Shown one piece after another: positions 56,189-64,000 of a stretch of 64,000 nucleotides of DNA. The stretch's first letter is position 1. The number at the start of each line of letters is the position of its first letter. This DNA is from Desulfobacterales bacterium (GTDB taxonomy: Bacteria > Desulfobacterota > Desulfobacteria > Desulfobacterales > UBA5852). The translations under genes and the position numbers were made by a program. The notes beneath the pieces are model-generated. The model had not been told where the DNA came from and made no database searches. It saw only the letters and a list, made by a program, of their open reading frames with translations. The stretch covers positions 576,001 through 640,000 of the forward strand of contig CAXXVS010000001.1 of NCBI GenBank assembly GCA_963674755.2. Direction: 5' to 3'.

Positions 56189-57538
56189 TTAATTGTTGCG
56201 AAGTCGGCTAAAATTGCGTGCGGCATCCCCGGTGGCAAATGTGTAGATATTATCGGAAGGCTTGGCCGCCAGTTCCGGATGGGTGCAGTACTGGTAGCGG
56301 CCAAGATCATCCATGGTGGCCCCCATTTGAATGGCCAAGGAGATAAAGTCAACCGCTTGGGCGGCGCAGCTTCCTTTCTGCATAACGCTGCCGCCAATCA
56401 ACCGTTTATCCTCACGATTAAAGACCAGCTTGGTCCGGATGGGCTGAACCGCGTCCATCATCGGGTATTTATTCGGGACCTCGGACCAGCCCGTCACCAC
56501 ATCCAGCCCGGCATCCCTGGCCATCTGTTCGGTCAGCCCGGCCGATCCCAGACTCAGGTCATAGACGGTCGTGGCGTTGGCGTTGATGACGCCGGGAAAC
56601 TCGACGGGGTCGCCAAGGATATTGCGGGCAACGACTTTGGCCATAAATACCGCGTTGGTTCCGAATTCCCCCCGGGTCGGCTGCCGGGTGACATAGGACC
56701 ATTTTTCAGTACAGTCGCCGCAGGTGTAAACGTTATCGGCCGTGGTCCGCAGATGCGCATCGGCGCAAATTCCCGCCCGGCTGATTTTGATCCCGGCCTG
56801 CTCGGCCAGCTCGGTTTCAAGGGCAACCCCGGCCGAAAGAACGACAAAATCAGCGGAAAGCGAATCGCCGCTTGCCAGGCGTATCCTTACGCGTTTGTCC
56901 GGCTGGTGTTCAAATGCCGCCACCTTTTCACGCGTCAACACACGAATGCCGTTGGCCGACAGCGTATCTTCCACATGATCGATAAATTCCGGTTCGGTGG
57001 TGGCCATCAGGATTCGAGGCAGCATTTCCAGGACGGTCACATCGAGTCCCATCTGCTTCAACACAACGGATACTTCGATGCCGATGTATCCGCCGCCGAC
57101 AACGACCACGTTTTGGCCTTTGGACGCAAAATCACGCAGTGCCGCCAGATCCTCGATTGACCGCACCGATGTGATCGCCTCCCCATCGATCCCGGGAATC
57201 GGCGGGACAACGGGACGGGCACCGGTGGCCAGTACCAAATGGGTATATCGATACATTTCGCCACCGCGTGTATGCACCTGCTTTTGCGCGGTGTCGATTT
57301 TCGTCACCCGGTCCACTACCAATTCAGCGCCGAAGTCGGTTACCAACTGGTTGGGAATCTGGAATTTTTCGATTCGCTTGCTTTGTGGAATTCCATACGG
57401 AATGGCACAGCGGTTCGCATTGGTGGCTTCATCTTTGATCAAGGTCACCGACATCTTGCGACCGGAAGCATGTAGCATATGAACAATGGTGCGGCCGGCC
57501 GGTCCTCCGCCGACGATGACGACATCGCGATCTTCCAT
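56189..57538 (-). CDS. FAD-dependent pyridine nucleotide-disulfide oxidoreductase (CoA-disulfide reductase / NADH oxidase-like)
   Basis: GGGPAG, single redox Cys in NRCAIPY, LATGA, GGGYIG.E, GDC, dimerisation domain. Confidence 0.88.
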   Translation of the reverse strand: MEDRDVVIVGGGPAGRTIVHMLHASGRKMSVTLIKDEATNANRCAIPYGIPQSKRIEKFQIPNQLVTDFGAELVVDRVTKIDTAQKQVHTRGGEMYRYTHLVLATGARPVVPPIPGIDGEAITSVRSIEDLAALRDFASKGQNVVVVGGGYIGIEVSVVLKQMGLDVTVLEMLPRILMATTEPEFIDHVEDTLSANGIRVLTREKVAAFEHQPDKRVRIRLASGDSLSADFVVLSAGVALETELAEQAGIKISRAGICADAHLRTTADNVYTCGDCTEKWSYVTRQPTRGEFGTNAVFMAKVVARNILGDPVEFPGVINANATTVYDLSLGSAGLTEQMARDAGLDVVTGWSEVPNKYPMMDAVQPIRTKLVFNREDKRLIGGSVMQKGSCAAQAVDFISLAIQMGATMDDLGRYQYCTHPELAAKPSDNIYTFATGDAARNFSRLRNN

Positions 57539-57685
57539 TCCAAATCTCCTTGTTACTTGTCTGGATCGGTAAGCGCTTTAAACCCTGCTGCCGTTGAATC
57601 CTCCCCGACCGCAGGTGGTGCGCAAATACGTCCGTGGCTGCCGAAGAAAGGCCATCTCCGCCCATGTATCGTTCGGCAACAGACT

Positions 57686-57997
57686 TTAACCGGTGCATCC
57701 CCCGCCGGCACACCCCGAAGTTCCGCTCTCCGGTTTCGAGCGGCCGGTTACCTTCAATCCCACAGGGGTATAGTCGATCGTCAGGGGCTGGATGCGATCC
57801 AGCAAATCGCGATCGACTAGATAATCAAACCCGCCCACAACAAATGTGACATCGGTTTCCTTGGGCTCATCCAGAGCCAAACCGAACTCGGGCGGGCCTC
57901 ACCCGCCGGTATCCAAAATGATGCGAATCGGAGAAATCGTGCGACTATGAAAATAGTCGGCAATGCGCTGCTGGGCCAATGGGCTGACGTGAAGCAT
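57686..57997 (-). CDS. HesB/IscA-like selenoprotein (in-frame UGA at codon 33, nt 57899-57901)
   Basis: AAAGGAG RBS; MLHVSPLAQQRIADYF..PIRIILDTGG-U-GPPEFGLALDEPKETD..YLVD...SGCAGGGC; family pattern continues on both sides of the TGA; selA in the window. Confidence 0.88.
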
Positions 57998-58128
57998 AGC
58001 GATCTCCTTTTACGATTCGTTGGGGCGTGTGCCTGCCAGGCAGACTGATCGTCAATAAAATGGCCCCGATGCGATCGGCCTTCGCAGGCGAAATATCCAA
58101 AGCCCCGGCTGTTTGCCCGCTGCGAGGT

Positions 58129-58464
58129 CTAGGACGCCCACGCGTGCGCTTCGTCCATGCAATCGCTGCAACCGATGTCAAGGTAATGGTGCACACGTCC
58201 CAGAAACTGCTCGAAAGCCATCATCCACCGGGCTTCATCACGGCATTGGGCGGCGACCGACCCGGTCAAAAAGGTGGCGAACCGTATGGCATATTGCTTG
58301 TCGCTTTCGATGGCGGACGCCTTGGCGGCAGCCATGCGACAGGCCAGATGGGCAATCTTGCGGGCGCCCTCGGAATCCAGGGCAATGGTTTCGGCACTGA
58401 ACGGCAGTCGGAACAATGCCTGCCCCGCGTTCTCCCGGACAGCTTGTTGTGCTTCTTGTTCCAT
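58129..58464 (-). CDS. Hypothetical protein with C-terminal CxxC
   Basis: Co-oriented ORF within the operon; GCSDC motif. Confidence 0.55.
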   Translation of the reverse strand: MEQEAQQAVRENAGQALFRLPFSAETIALDSEGARKIAHLACRMAAAKASAIESDKQYAIRFATFLTGSVAAQCRDEARWMMAFEQFLGRVHHYLDIGCSDCMDEAHAWAS

Positions 58465-58490
58465 GATGAGTTTCCCCGTTAAATGCGGTT

Positions 58491-60140
58491 CTATGAAAAA
58501 ATCGATACCGCCGACAAAGGATGCAGGGCCGCGCGTTTATCCCGTGCGGCGGGCCTGTCCGCTTCCCCCGGGAGGCGGACGACCATCACCGGCCGGGAGC
58601 TTTGGCGGATCACATCCTGGGTGGTGCTCCCGACCATTTTCTCCTCGAATTTCCCGTGGCCGTGGGTGCCCATGATGATAAGGTCGAATTCCCCCTCCTC
58701 GGCGGCGGCCAGAATCTGCTGCGCCGGATGGCCGACCTTGACGATCACCTTGTCGTCGCTCAGGGGACAGGCAGGCATATCCTTCCGCACCTGGCGCGAC
58801 GTTTCACTGATGCGCCGGTGAATGGCCTCCCGCGCCCGGGCCAAACCGTCACTATGGAAGGTCTGCCAGGCCTCCTTGCCCATATGATCCGCCAGGTTGA
58901 TGCCGGCTTCGGCCGAAAGGGTCTGAATGACATCGGGGATCACATGCAGCAGGGTGACCTCGGCCTGATAGGTGTGGCCCAGGCCACAGGCATAGCGCGC
59001 GGCATGGCGGGCCGTCTGCGAGAGATCCGTCACGTAAAGAATTTTTTGGAATTGCGGCACAAGCGGACGCTTGCGCTGTGGTTTCCTGGGCGGCATGGGG
59101 GGGAGGCTGGCCATCGGGGCGCGGGTCCCTTCGCCGGCCGGCACCGGTTGCGACAGGGCTCCGGCCGCGGTCTTCCCGAAGATCCAGTCCACCGCCCGGA
59201 CATACCAGGCGGCCGACTGGATCTGGATGACATAGGCCAGGGCGATCAGCAGGGCGATGGTCAGCCCCGCCTGGCCAAAGGCCGTCATGGCAATCGCCAG
59301 GGCAATCGACAAATCCCGCATGACGACCCCGAAGACCATGGCCACCGCATCCTCCCGGGTGAAAAAGAGGCGGCCGACAAGAGACAGCAACCCGTAGGAA
59401 AGGATGTAAAAAACCGCCAGAGGGATGAGAATCGCAACAATGTCAGCGGGATTGGCGATGATGGCCTTGGCTTTGAGGGCCATGGCCAAAAAGGCGATCA
59501 GCGTCACGCCCAGAGCGGAAAACGGGGGAAATTTCGGTTTGAGGCGTTGATGCCAGACCTGGGCTCCGAAGCGTTTCTTCGCGGCAACCTGGGTCAGAAG
59601 CCCGGCGGCCAAGGGCACGAACACGAACAGAACGATCTGGCGGAACATGTGGAGCATATCCACATTAACGGTGGCTCCCATGAAAACCTTGGTGTAGACG
59701 GGGGCCGCCAGGGCGCCCAGCACCAGGCCGAAGACCACCATCTTGATGGCGGCCTCCTTGTTGCCCTTGGCAAAGCCGGTCCAGGAAATGGTCATGCCCG
59801 AGGTCGGCAGCACACCGATTAAAAACAGGCCCACGGCCCACAGCCCGAATTTTTCCGCAGCACCATTCAAAAACAGCTTGCCCGTATAAAAAGCCAGCAG
59901 CGGGATCAGGACAAAATTGATCAGCTGGGTGGTCGCCTGTAGTTTGAGATCGTGCCCCTTGAATATACTTTGAACGTTCAGGGTCACCATCATGGGGTAG
60001 ACCATGATGAAGGTCACCGGAATGATAAAGCGCTTGAGCGGGCCGGCATCGAAAAAATAACCGAACAGCAGACCGCCGGCCATGGAAATAGGAATGGACC
60101 AGACCAGATTCTTTTGCAAAAACGACAGGGTTTTCAGCAT
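58491..60140 (-). CDS. ACR3/SBF-family transporter fused to a universal stress protein domain
   Basis: MVYPMM, NFVLIP, LPTSGMTISWTG.AKGN, RDLSIALAIA; then KILYVTDLS..GHPAQQIL..IIMGTHG..VGSTT. AAGGAGA RBS at MLKTL. Confidence 0.88.
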   Translation of the reverse strand: MLKTLSFLQKNLVWSIPISMAGGLLFGYFFDAGPLKRFIIPVTFIMVYPMMVTLNVQSIFKGHDLKLQATTQLINFVLIPLLAFYTGKLFLNGAAEKFGLWAVGLFLIGVLPTSGMTISWTGFAKGNKEAAIKMVVFGLVLGALAAPVYTKVFMGATVNVDMLHMFRQIVLFVFVPLAAGLLTQVAAKKRFGAQVWHQRLKPKFPPFSALGVTLIAFLAMALKAKAIIANPADIVAILIPLAVFYILSYGLLSLVGRLFFTREDAVAMVFGVVMRDLSIALAIAMTAFGQAGLTIALLIALAYVIQIQSAAWYVRAVDWIFGKTAAGALSQPVPAGEGTRAPMASLPPMPPRKPQRKRPLVPQFQKILYVTDLSQTARHAARYACGLGHTYQAEVTLLHVIPDVIQTLSAEAGINLADHMGKEAWQTFHSDGLARAREAIHRRISETSRQVRKDMPACPLSDDKVIVKVGHPAQQILAAAEEGEFDLIIMGTHGHGKFEEKMVGSTTQDVIRQSSRPVMVVRLPGEADRPAARDKRAALHPLSAVSIFS

Positions 60141-60229
60141 GCGATTCTCCTTATCCCGGCCCCCTTGACCAGGGACCGCACGCAGCGCCGTATGAACCAT
60201 GGGGGGGCACTTAACGGCACATCCGGTAT

Positions 60230-61210
60230 TTACGCTGGTATGCTTTCCAGAGGGACGGCCACTGCCCGGGGCGGTTGATCGACCGGGAAGCAATTCTCGA
60301 TATAATGTTCGGCCCCCACGGCGGCGATGGCGGCATCGCCCACCGCCGTGGCCACCTGCCGCAACGGGGTCACCCGCACGTCGCCGGCGGCAAACACCCC
60401 CGGCACCGTCGTCTCGAGATTGTGATCCGTAACGACAAAGCCATTGGGATCAAGCAGGAGGCTGCCCTTGAGAAACCCGCTGTTGGGCAGAATACCGATC
60501 CAGATGAAACAACCGTCGGCTTGAAGGGTCCGGGTGCGGTCGGTTTTGAGATGGCGGACGGTCACCGCTTCGACGTTGAAAAGGCCGCTGATTTCTTCCG
60601 GCACGGAATTCCACAAAATTTCGATATTGGGCGTCCTTAAGAGGCGCTCCTGAAGGATTTTCGCGGCCCTCAGGCGATCGCGGCGGTGGACCAGGTAGAC
60701 TTTACGGGCGAACTTGGCCAGATAGAGACTCTCCTGCACGGCCGTATCACCGCCCCCCACGGCCACGGCTACCCGATCTTTGTAAAAGGGTGCATCACAG
60801 GTGGCGCAGGTGGAAACGCCTTTGCCGAAAAATCGCTTTTCGCCGGGAATGCCCAGTTTACGCGGGCGGGCTCCGCTGGCGATGATAATGCTGCGGGCGG
60901 TGATGGTTTTGCCGGTGAGCTGCAGCTGCTTGACCGGTCGGGAGAGATCCACGGAAAGGACTTCGTTGATCTCGTTGCGCAGATCGAATTTACGGGCCTG
61001 CTCGCGCATTTTTTGCACCAGATCGGCGCCCGTGAGTCCTTCGGGAAATCCCGGATAGTTCTCCATCCAGTCCGTCAGCAGAATCTGCCCCCCCGGAACG
61101 GCCTTCTCTATCATCACGGTTTTCAGCCTCGCCCGTGAGGCATACATGCCGGCGGTAAGACCAGCCGGCCCGCCGCCAACAATGACCACATCGTAATCGG
61201 CGTTTTGCAT
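60230..61210 (-). CDS. trxB: Thioredoxin-disulfide reductase
   Basis: GGGPAGLTA, ENYPGF, GVSTCATCD, GGGDTA, VHRRD, AAGDV. Confidence 0.95.
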   Translation of the reverse strand: MQNADYDVVIVGGGPAGLTAGMYASRARLKTVMIEKAVPGGQILLTDWMENYPGFPEGLTGADLVQKMREQARKFDLRNEINEVLSVDLSRPVKQLQLTGKTITARSIIIASGARPRKLGIPGEKRFFGKGVSTCATCDAPFYKDRVAVAVGGGDTAVQESLYLAKFARKVYLVHRRDRLRAAKILQERLLRTPNIEILWNSVPEEISGLFNVEAVTVRHLKTDRTRTLQADGCFIWIGILPNSGFLKGSLLLDPNGFVVTDHNLETTVPGVFAAGDVRVTPLRQVATAVGDAAIAAVGAEHYIENCFPVDQPPRAVAVPLESIPA

Positions 61211-61287
61211 CGTTTTCTCCCTTAGGAAAAGGGCCAACCCGCCGCATGCCGGCGTCGGCCTGTTACAGGAATACCGGCAACCGTCTT

Positions 61288-61303
61288 TACACGTTTCATG
61301 CCA
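61288..61303 (-). promoter_or_regulatory. Sigma54-like promoter TGGCAT-GAAAC-GTGTA upstream of trxB
   Basis: Same layout as 55725-55740; divergent from the enhancer-binding protein gene. Confidence 0.5.
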
Positions 61304-61442
61304 TTGGCCTGAAATTCTATAACCGGTTGTATTTAATTGAATTATATAGATATTGACAATATAGGGAATCAACTGTACAGCTGATACGTAACGGCAGATA
61401 ACGTTAAGGTAACGCCATTCGCTCGACAAGGAACGATACCCC

Positions 61443-62849
61443 ATGGAACCCAAGACCCATGCCATCTGGAACGCCCGCTTTTTCAACATGATCGTCAATT
61501 CCATGGCCGACGGTGTCTTTACGATGGACGCCCTGGGGCGGATTTCTTCCTGGAACCCCGCTATGGAACGCATCAGCGGCTACACGGCCGAAGAGGCCCT
61601 GGGCCAGACATGCGCCCTGCTCCAGTGCAGCCGTTGTTTCGGACAGGAATGTCCCGCCGATATCCACAAATGCCAGATTGTCGAACAGGGGGTTTCCGAG
61701 GCCAAAGAATGCCGGTTGCGACACAAGGCCGGGCATGATGTGGAAGTCATCAAAAATGCCAATGTCGTCCGGGACGAGCAGGGCACCATCATCGGCATCG
61801 TCGAGACCGTGACCGATTTGACGGAACTGAGCCGAGCGCGGCAGAAGGCCAAGGAGGCGGCCCTGCGCTTGGCGGAAATCCACCGGATGGACAATATCAT
61901 CGGCAAAAGCACCGCCATGCGGCAGGTCTTCCAGAATGTCATGGCGGCCGCCTCCAGTGAAGCCACCATCCTGGTGCATGGTGAAAGCGGTACCGGGAAG
62001 GAACTCGTGGCGGGTGCGATCCATTTCAACAGTGAGCGCAAGCACGCCCCGCTCGTCACGGTCAACTGCAGCGCGCTTTCGGAAACCCTTCTAGAGAGTG
62101 AACTTTTCGGCCACGTCAAGGGTGCCTACACCGGCGCTGTGCGTGACCGCGTCGGCCGCTTCGAGGAGGCCGAAGGCGGCACCGTGTTTTTGGATGAAAT
62201 CGGTGAGTTGAGCCCGTTTATCCAGGTCAAGCTGTTGCGGGTATTGCAGGAAAGGGAGATTGAGCGCGTCGGGGAATCGCGCAAACGAAAAATTGATATC
62301 CGCATTATTACCGCCACCCACCAAAATCTCTACACACGGGTTCAGGAAGGAAGCTTCCGCGAGGATCTCTATTACCGCCTAAAGGTGTTTCCGATTCGCC
62401 TGCCGCCGCTTCGGGAACGGCGGGAAGACATCCCCCTGCTGGTCAATCACTTCATAAGCAGCATGAACGAGAAGACCGGCAAAAGGGTCCGCAACCTGTC
62501 ACGGCAGGCCATGCGCACCCTGATGGATTATCACTGGCCAGGCAATGTCCGGGAACTGGAGAATGCCATCGAGCATGCTTTCGTGCTCTGCAACCGCCGG
62601 CAGATCGAATTTGAAGATCTTCCGATTGAAATCCGCCAGCCACCCGGCTACGGTGCATGCGAAATGCCTGTCCAATCTGCGCCGACCACGCCAACCGGAC
62701 GCAAACGGCTGACTCGGGCAACCCTGATCGACGTCCTGGCAGAATGCGACTGGAACAAAGCCGAGGTCGGCCGGCGGGTTGGCTTGAGCCGCACGGCCAT
62801 TTGGAAATACATGAAAAAATGGGATATCCCGCTTCAGCCCGAAGAATAA
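61443..62849 (+). CDS. PAS-domain sigma54-dependent transcriptional activator
   Basis: PAS with five Cys, [39 protein letters not shown], Fis-type HTH. Confidence 0.95.
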   Translation: MEPKTHAIWNARFFNMIVNSMADGVFTMDALGRISSWNPAMERISGYTAEEALGQTCALLQCSRCFGQECPADIHKCQIVEQGVSEAKECRLRHKAGHDVEVIKNANVVRDEQGTIIGIVETVTDLTELSRARQKAKEAALRLAEIHRMDNIIGKSTAMRQVFQNVMAAASSEATILVHGESGTGKELVAGAIHFNSERKHAPLVTVNCSALSETLLESELFGHVKGAYTGAVRDRVGRFEEAEGGTVFLDEIGELSPFIQVKLLRVLQEREIERVGESRKRKIDIRIITATHQNLYTRVQEGSFREDLYYRLKVFPIRLPPLRERREDIPLLVNHFISSMNEKTGKRVRNLSRQAMRTLMDYHWPGNVRELENAIEHAFVLCNRRQIEFEDLPIEIRQPPGYGACEMPVQSAPTTPTGRKRLTRATLIDVLAECDWNKAEVGRRVGLSRTAIWKYMKKWDIPLQPEE

Positions 62850-62922
62850 CCCTGGGGTTGCGCCGCGCCCCCGGCAAGCCCTGTGAAAACCGCCATTCCC
62901 AACATCTATTTCTTTTGGGATT

Positions 62923-63852
62923 CTATGGAACAAGCCATAGCGCGCGATCCGTTATCCTCTGGGTTACATACCGGGAAACACTCCCAAAGTAGTGCGCACG
63001 GTCTGCGCCCCGCCTGCCGACAACCACTGTGCCGAACTTTCCCTTCTCCGCTTCTGCGAGGATCATCTTGCCGACGCTGGCCTTTCGTTTGGTCGTTATG
63101 ATGTCGACCCGATCAGCAGCGATACCGGCGTCCTTTAACTTTTGTTCTGCCGCGGCAAAGAATTCCCCCATCAGTCGCTTGGAGCTCTTTGCCACGATAT
63201 CTTGAATGTCCGGATCATCCTTGGCGAAAGAAAGGGCCTCTACGTCCCCTGCTTTCTGGGACACATGGAACAGGCAATACGTTGTCTCTGCATTTTCGAA
63301 GAGCATCGATAGGACATGATCGATTGCGCGATACGAACTTTCGGAGCCGTCAACCGCCACCAGGATCCTTTGCGAGGTCACCTTTCCGTCCACCATCCAC
63401 ACCGGGACCACATCGGCCTTTTCCAGCAACTCCGCACTGGTGCTGCCCATAAAGGTCTTTTGGATTCGCGACAACCCTCTCCGTCCCACCACGATGGCGT
63501 CATAAAGGCCTTTTCGTGCGTATTCCAAAATATCCTGAGATCGTCCCAGCATCCTTTGCGGGGAAACCATTTCGATGCGTTTGTCGGAAACCCCCTTTTT
63601 GATCATCCACTCTTTTTGCTTTTCAATGAGCATTTGGGCTTCCGCTGTGTTTTTTGTGATGACCTTTTTTAAGCTTGCATAGGCCTTTGAATTGGTTCGG
63701 GCCTCTTGCACAAGGTATTGTGAAATCATCGGTTGCTCGTGAAAAAGGGTAAAGGTGACATCTTTCGAACCACTGAACATTTTGGTTGCATAGCGCAATG
63801 ATTGATTCGAGTGGATTGAATCATCGACGGCTATCAGGATTTTTTTCTCCAT
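62923..63852 (-). CDS. Tandem-domain universal stress protein
   Basis: KILIAVDDS..VVGRRG..MGSTS and RILVAVDGS..VVGRRG..FGSVS; AAAGGAGG RBS. Confidence 0.9.
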   Translation of the reverse strand: MEKKILIAVDDSIHSNQSLRYATKMFSGSKDVTFTLFHEQPMISQYLVQEARTNSKAYASLKKVITKNTAEAQMLIEKQKEWMIKKGVSDKRIEMVSPQRMLGRSQDILEYARKGLYDAIVVGRRGLSRIQKTFMGSTSAELLEKADVVPVWMVDGKVTSQRILVAVDGSESSYRAIDHVLSMLFENAETTYCLFHVSQKAGDVEALSFAKDDPDIQDIVAKSSKRLMGEFFAAAEQKLKDAGIAADRVDIITTKRKASVGKMILAEAEKGKFGTVVVGRRGADRAHYFGSVSRYVTQRITDRALWLVP

Positions 63853-64000
63853 GATATTGCCTCCTTTTTTGGTGAAACGGCCATTCCCTCGTTTCGAATC
63901 ACACCACCCCTCGCCCATGGATCAAAACCAATACCCGTTCTGTTCTTTTTAAAGGTATCCCTCTTGCCCTACACAAGCGCTTTGAAACTTTACCACTGGC

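Noticed and set aside
60230..61573. N-terminal extensions in the ORF track (trxB, sps, cobA, pdxJ, moaA, transporter-USP, mscS)
   Set aside because: Family homology and RBS positions point to downstream starts; the extensions overlap promoters or neighbouring genes.
1..64000. CRISPR array or rRNA genes
   Set aside because: No regularly spaced direct repeats with unique spacers, no cas genes and no rRNA-like sequence seen.

Overview
GC-rich chromosomal segment of an anaerobic sulfate-reducer-like deltaproteobacterium (Desulfobacterales-like, inferred from tetraheme cytochrome c3, iorAB, selA, the cobA-hemD fusion and an ASKHA/RACo protein). Most of it is housekeeping and metabolism: a pfkB-sps-sucrose phosphorylase cluster, MscS, AhpC, Dus, Nnr, iorAB plus a TRAP transporter, moaA, gpgS, heme genes, gmhA, selA, pyrF, lysC, tsaE, ybeY, phoH, mazG, fba, tRNA-Tyr and tRNA-Glu. 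Notable features not in the ORF track: (1) a Trp-Trp-Trp leader peptide with a complete attenuator ahead of iorAB-TRAP, suggesting tryptophan salvage from indole acids; (2) an AT-rich islet after tRNA-Glu with no integrase, where each foreign segment starts at a GGGAC/GTCCC inverted-repeat end like those bounding a RAYT-type HUH transposase, and which carries a DUF4238-like gene and a degenerate-SIR2-TIR fusion (candidate defence system); (3) a HesB/IscA-like selenoprotein with an in-frame UGA in a sigma54-type redox cluster whose two promoters share GTAACG repeats; (4) a PdxJ homologue with nearly all catalytic residues replaced; (5) at least seven copies of a structured palindromic intergenic element; (6) a frameshifted 7TM-HD gene and a DUF362 pseudogene. 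All calls come from reading motifs by eye; no database searches were run.
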